A stretch of DNA of 64,000 bases from a virus (taxonomy: Duplodnaviria; Caudoviricetes), in the IMG/VR virus record IMGVR_UViG_3300014208_000023, positions 364,321 through 428,320 of that record. One strand, given 5' to 3'. Each line of letters opens with the position of its first letter. Position 1 is the first letter of the stretch. The notes under the pieces are model-generated. The model saw only the letters and a list, made by a program, of their open reading frames with translations, was not told the DNA's origin and ran no database searches. Made by a program: the position numbers and the translations under genes. Shown one piece after another: positions 50,263 to 58,924 of this stretch.

Positions 50263-50600
50263 TATGTGGCGCGGCCTTTATGATTGGTTGGTTTATGGGC
50301 ACTAATTGTTTGAAACTTAATGCCGGGCGTAGTGCTCAAATGATTTCCAAGCTGGCAGGACTTACCCTTATTGAAACCACTATTGTTACGCCAGAAAGCA
50401 ATGTAGCGACTTTTATCGGACTCTGACTCAAACTTTAGAATCGTAGCTTGAGCTTGCTTACCATCGGCAGCTTGGACGCCGGCATACCTAACTGCTGGCT
50501 CGTCAGAACAATCTGGACAGTCGGTAATCAAACCTCCCGCCAATTTCTTGGCAGGAGAGTTTGGATCGAATTCCATTTGACAGTGAACGCAGATTCTCAT
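50262..50600 (-). CDS. Zn-ribbon hypothetical protein
   Basis: CVHC...CPDC. Confidence 0.7.
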   Translation of the reverse strand: MRICVHCQMEFDPNSPAKKLAGGLITDCPDCSDEPAVRYAGVQAADGKQAQATILKFESESDKSRYIAFWRNNSGFNKGKSCQLGNHLSTTPGIKFQTISAHKPTNHKGRAT

Positions 50601-50604
50601 TCTA

Positions 50605-50952
50605 TTAGTATGAGCAGTGGCATTGCATAACGGATACAGACTCTACAACGCGGGACTCGGCCATAGAGCAATTATACTCATTAAGAGCTTCTTGCTGACA
50701 GCGCTTATAGCGGGAGAGCGAGCCCGGGGAATTGTGATACTTGTCACACAGGAAGGTGCAGCAAAGCGCTGGTACAGTCTGTTGTAGGCGGAGGACGGGG
50801 CACCTTTCCGGCATATCGGTCACTGGTTCTGGCGGTCTTGGAGACGGAGGTGCAGGGCTGCATCCAGCGTATCCACAATATGCTACAAGCAGAGCGGAAG
50901 AGATTAGCGGCATTACCACATCATTGAATTTATTGTTCATGCCCAACTCCAT
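50605..50952 (-). CDS. Cys-rich putative lipoprotein
   Basis: Hydrophobic N-terminus, AGC, Pro linker, 8 C-terminal Cys. Confidence 0.6.
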   Translation of the reverse strand: MELGMNNKFNDVVMPLISSALLVAYCGYAGCSPAPPSPRPPEPVTDMPERCPVLRLQQTVPALCCTFLCDKYHNSPGSLSRYKRCQQEALNEYNCSMAESRVVESVSVMQCHCSY

Positions 50953-51025
50953 AGTTTGTGAAAGCTAGCAATACCCCAGAATAGAACTAGGGCGGCGGCC
51001 ATTACCGGAAAATAGATAATCTTTT

Positions 51026-51556
51026 TCATAGTGAATTTTTCTTATCTAGCCAATCTAGACATTCTTTGTGGTTATTGATCGCGACTTTATCTTCATTGCC
51101 ATAACTCCATATTTTATGGGAAGATGACTGTTTATCTTTTGCGCACTGATAAAAAGTAACCCAATGATTTTTGGGGGCTTCCTTACGAGTAGTGACTACA
51201 TACGGATCGGAATGATGCTCCAAACTAGTAAGGCCATACTTAATAGACAATCGTAGCTTTTCATTCTCCCTGAACCGGCGGGTAACTGCGTATCTCTTAT
51301 CAACGGATAACTTCCAATAATCTTGGATAGAGAGATCGAACTCCTTTAATGCCTCTCTCTCATCCCACATAAGAGAGGAGAGTGCGCTAGCCCAATATGC
51401 TTTGGTTGAGTTCAGTATCTTTTCAAGGTCTTTTAGAAATTGCTGGCAAGCAAGATAATTACTTGCGGTCTGCGTTCCATCTAGAAAACCTCTTTGAGAG
51501 CCGGCATTCCAAATTTCAACATCGCGACGCCAAGACTCATCAGATGGATTAATCAT
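51026..51556 (-). CDS. hypothetical protein
   Basis: 176 aa. Confidence 0.7.
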   Translation of the reverse strand: MINPSDESWRRDVEIWNAGSQRGFLDGTQTASNYLACQQFLKDLEKILNSTKAYWASALSSLMWDEREALKEFDLSIQDYWKLSVDKRYAVTRRFRENEKLRLSIKYGLTSLEHHSDPYVVTTRKEAPKNHWVTFYQCAKDKQSSSHKIWSYGNEDKVAINNHKECLDWLDKKNSL

Positions 51557-51849
51557 TATTTACTAGGCTCAGTTACTTTTGTAACAACGTTATGAAGCGC
51601 CATTTTATAGATGGCATAATTGAATCCTTCGCGATAGCCCAGATCGTATTGTGGAGCGAATGCTGCCTTAAACGCTTCGCTTTCAGAAGGTCCCTTGGTA
51701 GAAATTACCCCGTTTCTAAAGCCAATAGAAAACATCTCGCTTTTGTCTTTAAGCAATCTGGTTATCTGTTCGGCATATAGATGGTATAGATCGGTAAATC
51801 TAACGGTCATTTGGACTCGTAAATATTGTCTTGGAGAAGAGGACGGCAA
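51556..51849 (-). CDS. hypothetical protein
   Basis: 97 aa. Confidence 0.6.
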   Translation of the reverse strand: MPSSSPRQYLRVQMTVRFTDLYHLYAEQITRLLKDKSEMFSIGFRNGVISTKGPSESEAFKAAFAPQYDLGYREGFNYAIYKMALHNVVTKVTEPSK

Positions 51850-51984
51850 GGTATCGATCGCACCTTGCCGTCCAAAACATCTAGAGCATGATCAAGGGTT
51901 TCATCAGGCTCCTCATACTTTTCTCTAAAGTACGAGATAAGTCGCGCCCTCTCTTGGTTCCAGGTTTCTCTTCTCACGGTAGGA

Positions 51985-52446
51985 TCAGTATCCGACGACG
52001 CCGAGGAATTGCTTCGTGCTGGCAAGGCAGACGAATGCGACGCCATATTCGCAATCATAATCCTGATAAAGTAGTCCAATATACTTGCCATCTTGGCTCT
52101 TTGCTTCCTGGTAATCGCCGTGCTTCTCTGGCGCATTCTTAACCATATTGACAATGGTTGAGTAGTCATCCGACATTGATGACGGAGAATCGCTAACCTG
52201 AGTCTTCTTGATTGACTTCACGCCATCATCAAAAGTAACGATTGCCGAAAAGAAATCATCACCCTTGTTCTCGAAGAGAAGCTCTACGTTATAGTCACCA
52301 CCCGGAACCGGAACCTTGAGGAAGACATTGCTTCCAGAAACTTCCTTGGTGAATTTGGCGCCGACCGACTCAAGCATCTTACTAATTTTTGCAGCGGACA
52401 TGATGGACTCCGTATCGTTGTTATAATGTTGAATTGTTCTCTTCAA
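51985..52446 (-). CDS. hypothetical protein
   Basis: 153 aa. Confidence 0.6.
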   Translation of the reverse strand: MKRTIQHYNNDTESIMSAAKISKMLESVGAKFTKEVSGSNVFLKVPVPGGDYNVELLFENKGDDFFSAIVTFDDGVKSIKKTQVSDSPSSMSDDYSTIVNMVKNAPEKHGDYQEAKSQDGKYIGLLYQDYDCEYGVAFVCLASTKQFLGVVGY

Positions 52447-53074
52447 AAAGAGAGAGAACTTTTTTCTTCATAACTTTATGAAGCCCAGGATTAATAGCAA
52501 GGGCTTCTTTCATAATATTATGACGAATTCTATTGCGAGGAGTTGTCACGTCCTTGTTGGACGCATCCTCAAACCAAGTGACATCATGGCTAACGCACCA
52601 ATCAATCATATCTTGTTTGGTTGTAGTTAGAAACGGACGTAGAATCTTGGATGAGGCAGGGTTGTTATTGCTCGCGATCGGAGCAATAATCTTTGGATTG
52701 CCGTGTAACGAAGAGAAAATCCACGTTTCAGCAACATCATCTAGGTGATGGCACGTAACAATTGGTCTTCCATCAGCAACTTCCTGTAGCCAATTATAGC
52801 GTTCGTTGCGCCAGTGTTCTTCTGGAGAGAGGTCTTTTGGCTTTGTCGTAGAGCTGATATCCCCAACTTGATATGCGACTGAATTTTCAGATGCCCAATG
52901 AAAAACCGCTTCTTCCATACTATCGGCTTGAGGCGTGCCATGATTGAAATAGGCAATATCAAAACGCTTCTTTCCGCGAAAAAAGAAGTCTGCCGCAGCC
53001 ATACTATCAACTCCACCAGAGCAAGCCAGAATGAATGAGGTAGAAGATGGGATATTGAAAAGTTGTTTCAACAA
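52421..53074 (-). CDS. tilS: tRNA(Ile)-lysidine synthetase, catalytic domain only
   Basis: PP-loop SGGVDS, FNHG, RNERY, TCHHLDDVAET, LRPFL, WFEDASN, RNRIRH; 217 aa. Confidence 0.88.
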   Translation of the reverse strand: MLKQLFNIPSSTSFILACSGGVDSMAAADFFFRGKKRFDIAYFNHGTPQADSMEEAVFHWASENSVAYQVGDISSTTKPKDLSPEEHWRNERYNWLQEVADGRPIVTCHHLDDVAETWIFSSLHGNPKIIAPIASNNNPASSKILRPFLTTTKQDMIDWCVSHDVTWFEDASNKDVTTPRNRIRHNIMKEALAINPGLHKVMKKKVLSLFEENNSTL

Positions 53075-53078
53075 GTCT

Positions 53079-53294
53079 TTAATCTCTATGAAAGAATGGA
53101 ATATACCAAGCCTGATTGATTATCGTATGCTCTATACGACAATACTGAATGCGCTTACAAGGAGTAAGGTCTCTTACGGAAGCCATGAACATTATGGCGT
53201 CTCGGAAGAAACGGAAACTTACTGGAGTGCTATAGGCTCCAAAATCATTTGCGTTGCTTTTAATGCGAAAGGTTAATGAGTATGGCCTACTCAT
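53079..53294 (-). CDS. hypothetical protein
   Basis: 71 aa. Confidence 0.6.
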   Translation of the reverse strand: MSRPYSLTFRIKSNANDFGAYSTPVSFRFFRDAIMFMASVRDLTPCKRIQYCRIEHTIINQAWYIPFFHRD

Positions 53295-53539
53295 AGTAAG
53301 TATCTTGCTGCGATATACTCATCCTTATAGTCCTTATTAACCAATCTTACCAGAAACTTATTAAGTCCCTTGGCAATATCTTTTGGATCAATATTTTTTC
53401 TTATACCAAAATCGGCATAATCTTTATTATATGGTGCGCATCGAACACCGGCTACATGAAATATTGCCGGTAGCCCATCACCATCATGTCGGATAATGAA
53501 AGGTCCAAATCTTTTAGCTATCGATTTGCAATACATCAT
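53291..53539 (-). CDS. C-K-T-I family protein
   Basis: YCKSIAKRFGP...LNKFL. Confidence 0.75.
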   Translation of the reverse strand: MMYCKSIAKRFGPFIIRHDGDGLPAIFHVAGVRCAPYNKDYADFGIRKNIDPKDIAKGLNKFLVRLVNKDYKDEYIAARYLL

Positions 53540-53758
53540 TACCAACTGATTCTATGAAGCTCGCCATTATCGAAATGGGTTGATACTTTATATCCAGCTT
53601 CTTTTAGAAGAGCAAGAGTTTCTTGAAACTTTTACTGGCTCAACTGTAATGCTGAACTGCCTTCTTCCAACCGCCCTATTGATAGGATCCATTATCCTGA
53701 CGAAATCATCATCACCAGAAGCAAGCGCCCTGGCTTCTTTTGCGGTAAGATACGTCAT
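53539..53758 (-). pseudogene. frameshifted phage gene (or +1 recoded)
   Basis: MTYLTAKEARALA...VEPVK in frame 0, then FQETLALLKEAGYKV...HRISW-TAA in +1 frame; that TAA overlaps the next ATG. Confidence 0.55.
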
Positions 53759-54015
53759 ATATAATATTTCCGCTCAATGTCTTGATCTGACATCACGCTA
53801 ATTTTAGCGAGCCATTTATTGAATAATCTATCTATTTCCGGCTGAGGAATAAGATTATATTCTTCATCGGTCATGCCGGCTTCGCATCTATCTTTTAGAT
53901 AGGGAGCGCAAGCTTTGAGGCCGATATGGAATATCGGCATAAACTTGCCGTCAGGATGATATCTAGCAGATATCACTGGAGCAAATCTTTTCACTATTGA
54001 AGCGCAATATGTCAT
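53755..54015 (-). CDS. C-K-T-I family protein
   Basis: YCASIVKRFAP...FNKWL. Confidence 0.75.
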   Translation of the reverse strand: MTYCASIVKRFAPVISARYHPDGKFMPIFHIGLKACAPYLKDRCEAGMTDEEYNLIPQPEIDRLFNKWLAKISVMSDQDIERKYYI

Positions 54016-54031
54016 TGTTTATTTCTTATAG

Positions 54032-54107
54032 TGGGCCCACCCGGACTTGAACCGGGAACCGTCGCCTTATGAGGGCGCTGCTACTAACCAAATTGAGCTA
54101 TAGGCCC
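54032..54107 (-). tRNA. tRNA(CAU), probably Ile2 (lysidine-modified)
   Basis: GGGCCTA/TGGGCCC A with C4-G69 and C5-G68; GCGCC CT CAT AA GGCGA; tilS 1 kb away. Confidence 0.8.
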
Positions 54108-54162
54108 TAACATTACAATCTTCGCGTTACACTTCGCTACCACCTACGTCCCTTCTCCTATC

Positions 54163-54190
54163 ATCATAAGCACGGCGGCGGGCCTGTCAA
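54163..54190 (-). promoter_or_regulatory. sigma70-type promoter with -35 hexamer exactly looped by 7-bp inverted repeat
   Basis: TTGACA-16-TATGAT; GCGGGCC 54178-54184 / GGCCCGC 54191-54197. Confidence 0.8.
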
Positions 54191-54408
54191 GGCCCGCAAA
54201 AAACGTGCCACGGTCTCTATCGTCTATGGCTCGAAGTCGTCGTCCCGGTCAGCATATGTATAGTTATACTCCCCGCTATCACTGTAGCGGATACCACCAC
54301 CATCCATACTATAAGGGATACCATCAAAATCGAATTCATCAATTTCGTTTTCATCTAGAGCCTCTGTTTCTTTTTGACCAGGACCTTGTGTATTCAGCAT
54401 ATTATATC

Positions 54409-55440
54409 CTATTTGGAATCTTTGAAGTAGTGCAGGTCAGAATCTATATAACTCATATATTCAATCCCGAGGCCTTCGAGTATCGGGGTCTCTGGAATAT
54501 AATAATCATAAGAATGATTACCCGAAACAATTCGGCCAATTTTCTTATTTTTCTTTAAACGATCACGTAATGATTGCTCAAACAATTGAGTTATCTCTTC
54601 TAGAGCTTCATCCTCATCTTCTTGGTCGTGAGAGTAAGCTCCCTCAACAAACAACGAGAATTCATCTTTATTCGGTATAGCTCGACCACGTAGTCTTTGC
54701 CCAGGCCGGACCTTAATAAGCTTGGATTTATCCGATTTAACCAAACGGACAACCGACCTATATAACATCTTGGGGCCGTATGGCGTTTTCTTGCCGTCAG
54801 TAATGTATATTACTGCGGCATAAGGATCAAGCACGGAGCCAACCAGACACTTGGCATGTGAAGAATCCCACCTCATACACGACTCTATACCCCTCATACT
54901 CATTGATAGTATATCCCAAGGATCAGAACTAAATACTATTTTATAGTGTGCGCGTCCTTTTTTAATAGAAGATGCTTCTTTTAGCTTATCGCTAATAATG
55001 GCTGTATCTATACTCTTAAAATTTTTACACCAACTATAAAGTTCTGATGCAACCTTATTTATTGTATCGCCTAGTTTAAATAGGACTGTTCCTTTTTGAT
55101 CAACAATCCTAGAAAGAAGCTTATTGCTTGAGGAATAGTTGTCATAACTTTCATTTAAGACATGAGCAATTGCTGAGGCAGACAACCTCTCATCTTCTTT
55201 CAAAGCATTGAAATCAACTTCGCCATCTTCAAATTTCCAATGCAGACTATCTAATCTTGATCGTGGAGACTCTATTAGATCTGAATTGCACGCCTTAGAA
55301 AAGTTCTTAAGTCCCAACACATCAAAATGCTTGTAGATAGAGGTGCCGCCGGTCACCTTAATGTCGTTAGAAAACCATACCGGAGCTACTGTGCTGTGGG
55401 ATTTATTCTTTTTTGAAAGGCAGGATATTGGGTATTTCAT
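54409..55440 (-). CDS. WDxxxMSMRGxxSCM family protein 3
   Basis: PWDILSMSMRGIESCMRWDSSHAKCLVGSVLDPY. Confidence 0.8.
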   Translation of the reverse strand: MKYPISCLSKKNKSHSTVAPVWFSNDIKVTGGTSIYKHFDVLGLKNFSKACNSDLIESPRSRLDSLHWKFEDGEVDFNALKEDERLSASAIAHVLNESYDNYSSSNKLLSRIVDQKGTVLFKLGDTINKVASELYSWCKNFKSIDTAIISDKLKEASSIKKGRAHYKIVFSSDPWDILSMSMRGIESCMRWDSSHAKCLVGSVLDPYAAVIYITDGKKTPYGPKMLYRSVVRLVKSDKSKLIKVRPGQRLRGRAIPNKDEFSLFVEGAYSHDQEDEDEALEEITQLFEQSLRDRLKKNKKIGRIVSGNHSYDYYIPETPILEGLGIEYMSYIDSDLHYFKDSK

Positions 55441-55444
55441 ATTA

Positions 55445-55693
55445 CTAATCTAGTTTAGAGAATGCATTTACTATGGCGGCAGGCAAACTTGAACCGCAGA
55501 TTCCTTTTTCGATACTGTCAGCGTGAGAATTGATGACCGCCAAAACCTCTTCTGGCGTTGAAGGCACCCTATGATTCTCTAGGACTATCTGTAGGGCCTC
55601 GGCTTTTTGTTCGGTTGAAGTGAAAGCTTTCTTCGAGATCCTAGATAGATCGTGGTGTAGTAGCGTCCAGGTATTAGGGTTCTCCATCGACAA
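55445..55693 (-). CDS. hypothetical protein
   Basis: 82 aa. Confidence 0.65.
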   Translation of the reverse strand: MSMENPNTWTLLHHDLSRISKKAFTSTEQKAEALQIVLENHRVPSTPEEVLAVINSHADSIEKGICGSSLPAAIVNAFSKLD

Positions 55694-56045
55694 ACTCTCC
55701 CGTTTTTTCTAGCCACATATCGTTGGCTTTTTTACTGTGATGCCAATGAGGATCTGTCCAACGATCCTCTGTTTCCTTATCAAACAAAGCGACCTTTAGG
55801 CAATCTGGGCAACGATAAAGAGATCCTTTGATCACTCTATGTGAAGTTACTGTTACAATTTTTTTCGTAAAGAAAAAGAATCTTTTCTTGGTTGTAACAA
55901 TCGTTTCATTATATGATGATGGCCAACTACAAACATGAGGCGGCGGAGGAGGAATGGCAGGGATAAGCCCGACTTTTTTAACCGGAATTTTTTCTTCCAC
56001 ACCAATCATTGCCGCCTGACGATACGGAGACATTGCGACTGACAT
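55674..56045 (-). CDS. PYR/HxCSxP Zn-binding family protein
   Basis: SPYR...HVCSWP...SLYRCPDC; paralog of 56698-57063. Confidence 0.7.
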   Translation of the reverse strand: MSVAMSPYRQAAMIGVEEKIPVKKVGLIPAIPPPPPHVCSWPSSYNETIVTTKKRFFFFTKKIVTVTSHRVIKGSLYRCPDCLKVALFDKETEDRWTDPHWHHSKKANDMWLEKTGEFVDGEP

Positions 56046-56048
56046 TGC

Positions 56049-56492
56049 TTACAAATATTCTTTTGGAAGAAGGCCAAACATTAATTTGGCTCTGTTAATA
56101 GGATATGTTGCGCTACGATAGTGCTTATCGTTATCGTGATACGGAAGCTCTCTGCCAATTAAACCGAGTCCATCATTGACTTTGAATGATAGGAACCACA
56201 TTAGATTGCGAAGATACCAGCGCAAAGCGGACTTCCACCAATCAAGGCTAGAAACCTTCTCCCAATGGGCCGGATTAGAAACTGCTCCGTATCCTAGATA
56301 ACCGGAAGTAGAAACATAACCGAAGTTGCGAGCGTTATTCGCTAGGCTTCTGTATAGAAGGTGTGGCTGGTGTTTGTTTCTAACAACGTCCCCAGACTTA
56401 ATCAGCCCACCCACTTTTGCCACCATCGCACAACCCACTGCATTGCAGCTAGTAGTTTCGTGAAGAGGAAAATTGCGAGCTTTTGAAACCAA
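56049..56492 (-). CDS. hypothetical protein
   Basis: 147 aa; start uncertain. Confidence 0.6.
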   Translation of the reverse strand: MVSKARNFPLHETTSCNAVGCAMVAKVGGLIKSGDVVRNKHQPHLLYRSLANNARNFGYVSTSGYLGYGAVSNPAHWEKVSSLDWWKSALRWYLRNLMWFLSFKVNDGLGLIGRELPYHDNDKHYRSATYPINRAKLMFGLLPKEYL

Positions 56493-56512
56493 TCTTTAAT
56501 CATTGTTGTTTC

Positions 56513-56695
56513 CTATACTTGAGCTAATGGATACCAAGAATCCAGTTTTTCTATTCCGCGCTGTTCTCTTTCTGCGAGGTCGGCAAAGAATTCAAACTTT
56601 GGATCATTCTTCTTTAAAAGCTCTTTGGCTTTTAGAATGTAAGCGTGGCGAGAAGCCATCCTGATTTTACGATCTACATCAACGGCCGAATTCAT
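56513..56695 (-). CDS. hypothetical protein
   Basis: 60 aa. Confidence 0.6.
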   Translation of the reverse strand: MNSAVDVDRKIRMASRHAYILKAKELLKKNDPKFEFFADLAEREQRGIEKLDSWYPLAQV

Positions 56696-56697
56696 AA

Positions 56698-57063
56698 TTA
56701 CTTATCTCCGCCAGCCTTGAGCCATAACTCAAGGTAGTAATCGTCTTCAATCCACTTACGGGGGATTATCCGATCTGATCGGAAATTATTTGAGAATTTC
56801 CAAACTTTGCCACAAGAACATCTGTAGAGAGAGTCCATATCAAATGGGGTTCCCCTAATCCATTGCCAAAAATGGCTGTGAATTTTTGGATAAGAACATC
56901 TGTGACTCGTCCATATTTCTTTTATGGTAGTTCCGCAGCCAATGAATATGCTCCATAGGATCGGAAATATCCTCCAAGGGCTTTTGGCTTCCTTCTTAAT
57001 AAGACCAAACTTCTTTGGAGTATATACTTCAATAGCGGATTGGTTGCGATATGGAGTAATCAT
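56698..57063 (-). CDS. PYR/HxCSxP Zn-binding family protein
   Basis: TPYR...HRCSYP...SLYRCSCG. Confidence 0.7.
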   Translation of the reverse strand: MITPYRNQSAIEVYTPKKFGLIKKEAKSPWRIFPILWSIFIGCGTTIKEIWTSHRCSYPKIHSHFWQWIRGTPFDMDSLYRCSCGKVWKFSNNFRSDRIIPRKWIEDDYYLELWLKAGGDK

Positions 57064-57067
57064 TGTT

Positions 57068-57286
57068 CTATGCGAGATCCAAGTTTTCTACGTTGTTTAT
57101 TGCGCTATCAACTTCCCTTGCAAGAATCTTTTGATCTACTACTCCAAGTCCATACTTGGTATTTGTGCTTTCCCATTTATAGGCGCTAGATGCCATCCTA
57201 AATATAGATTCAAATCCAACGCGAGGATACACTGTCTGAACCTTATGTCCGTTATGTTCCATTGTCATGTGAGTTGGGCCAGCCAT
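57068..57286 (-). CDS. hypothetical protein
   Basis: Start revised to ATG 57286 with AGGAG SD. Confidence 0.65.
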   Translation of the reverse strand: MAGPTHMTMEHNGHKVQTVYPRVGFESIFRMASSAYKWESTNTKYGLGVVDQKILAREVDSAINNVENLDLA

Positions 57287-57305
57287 AGTAGTTTCTCCTA
57301 CCGTA

Positions 57306-57334
57306 AATGTAAGGACGACGCCATGCCCTGTCAA
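57306..57334 (-). promoter_or_regulatory. sigma70-type promoter
   Basis: TTGACA-17-TACATT. Confidence 0.75.
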
Positions 57335-57367
57335 GTGGGGGCGGGCGGACAAGGACCGTGCCAGCGC

Positions 57368-57616
57368 TCAGTAAAGCCCTGGATTATTTCTAGCATCACA
57401 CGAACAGGATCTGAGCTTGCCGCTATCAATAAAACTTAATCCATATCCGCCATGTTTAGTTTTATATGACCAAAACCCAGGATCAATTTCCATAGGAAAA
57501 TAAAATTTACCATCTACCCTATGATGATCTACCCTATGAATATGAACGACAAGTCTCGTGCCACAATTAGCACATAACTTATCTCCATCATCAAAATCAT
57601 TGAAACTGCTTGCCAT
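57368..57616 (-). CDS. Zn-ribbon hypothetical protein
   Basis: CANCG...CSC. Confidence 0.6.
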   Translation of the reverse strand: MASSFNDFDDGDKLCANCGTRLVVHIHRVDHHRVDGKFYFPMEIDPGFWSYKTKHGGYGLSFIDSGKLRSCSCDARNNPGLY

Positions 57617-57989
57617 TTGATACCAGTGATTGTCCGACCAAATTAATCTTTGCGTTTAGTGCATTCCAGTCACACTGATGATACACTCCCCAATAAGGAA
57701 TGAATTCATTCGGTGACATTTTTACTGCTGACGGAAACATTCCAAGCGATTCTTTGATCGTGCGAAGCCTTCGGTGGTTCTTTGTTCCATCCAACATTTC
57801 AGAATCATAAAATTTACCGCGATACTTAATGAAGGCATGCGATTCGTGAGACCAAAGCTCTACATCATTGAAAAGTTTATGCGCTATCCAAGCCCATTTA
57901 TAGCAATCACCAAAATTAATCTCCATTGGGTGGAGATGATTCGAGAAAAATTCACTGTGGATTAGGCTTGGTTGAAATGGAAGCTTCAT
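57597..57989 (-). CDS. papain/transglutaminase-like Cys-His-Asp protein (putative)
   Basis: GDCYKWA...HAFIKYRGKFYDSE. Confidence 0.55.
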   Translation of the reverse strand: MKLPFQPSLIHSEFFSNHLHPMEINFGDCYKWAWIAHKLFNDVELWSHESHAFIKYRGKFYDSEMLDGTKNHRRLRTIKESLGMFPSAVKMSPNEFIPYWGVYHQCDWNALNAKINLVGQSLVSNGKQFQ

Positions 57990-58242
57990 TACATAGTTCT
58001 AGTTTTTTAGCTCTAGATAGCTGTTTGATCTTATATTCAAGCTTGAGGGCTGACGACTTGTTATCACAAGGAAATAATTCAAGAAGCTTTACTGGAAGTC
58101 TACCTCTTGTATATCTGGCTCCCTTTCCGGCTTGGTGGGTAGCATATCTCTTGTGAATGTTATTCGTTGCCCCAGTATAAAGGGTTTCGTCAGAGCATTG
58201 AAGTATATAGACGACCCAAAGGTTTTTAGTATTAACGCACAT
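57952..58242 (-). CDS. GIY-YIG nuclease, UPF0213/YhbQ type
   Basis: WVVYILQCSDETLYTGATNN...HQAGKGARYTRGRLPV...ALKLEYKIKQL. Confidence 0.9.
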   Translation of the reverse strand: MCVNTKNLWVVYILQCSDETLYTGATNNIHKRYATHQAGKGARYTRGRLPVKLLELFPCDNKSSALKLEYKIKQLSRAKKLELCNEASISTKPNPQ

Positions 58243-58510
58243 TTATTGAAATATACTGAATCTCTTGAAGCAACTTCTCTAGGGCAACTGACTCGCTATA
58301 GTATGAGGTATGAATCTGGGTGCATCGGGCCGACCTATCAGGGTCGGTAAAAAGGATTCCCCAACACATACTTACTGGACCATCTTTAGATTCTGTATTA
58401 GATAGGGCAATCCCGGCAGATTTATATCTAGCATTACCGAATTTTCCAGATACTAGCTTTTGATTTATCTCAAAAACACATCTGTCATATAGCTCACTCT
58501 TGCGCATCAC
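58232..58510 (-). CDS. hypothetical protein
   Basis: 92 aa. Confidence 0.6.
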   Translation of the reverse strand: MMRKSELYDRCVFEINQKLVSGKFGNARYKSAGIALSNTESKDGPVSMCWGILFTDPDRSARCTQIHTSYYSESVALEKLLQEIQYISINVR

Positions 58511-58923
58511 TTATATTTTCTTTTACTCTCTGGAAGAACATCTCCAGATATTACGAAATCCAAAACGATCTGGTTTGCTTCTTTTTTTGAGTAGCCTGCC
58601 CCAAGCCATACTTCATCGTGAAAGCCAATACCGGTGCGAAGCTTCACTCCGTATGTGGTATTGTTGTGCGCGTTGATATAGATTTGTCCAGCGCGCATTC
58701 TTCCACTTGGAAGTTTGACTAGCGAACACCAACCATAATCACCACCAGATAGCGGGATGCCCTTATAGACGGTAGATACTCTAGATGCAATGTCTAGCTT
58801 TTCACGGACAATCTCTAGTTCTTGCTGTAGAGATTTAATCTTTTCTTTTATCTTCTTGTCTTGCTTGGCAAGGCAGCTCTTGATTTTATAAAGAGCAATA
58901 ATTTCTTCAGCAGAAAGATTCAT
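58507..58923 (-). CDS. hypothetical protein
   Basis: 138 aa. Confidence 0.65.
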   Translation of the reverse strand: MNLSAEEIIALYKIKSCLAKQDKKIKEKIKSLQQELEIVREKLDIASRVSTVYKGIPLSGGDYGWCSLVKLPSGRMRAGQIYINAHNNTTYGVKLRTGIGFHDEVWLGAGYSKKEANQIVLDFVISGDVLPESKRKYK

Positions 58924-58924
58924 T

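Noticed and set aside
54032-54107. Assigning the CAU tRNA as initiator or elongator Met
   Set aside because: There is no C1.A72 mismatch or three consecutive G-C pairs in the anticodon stem. C4-G69/C5-G68 and the neighbouring tilS favour Ile2, though Met cannot be fully excluded.
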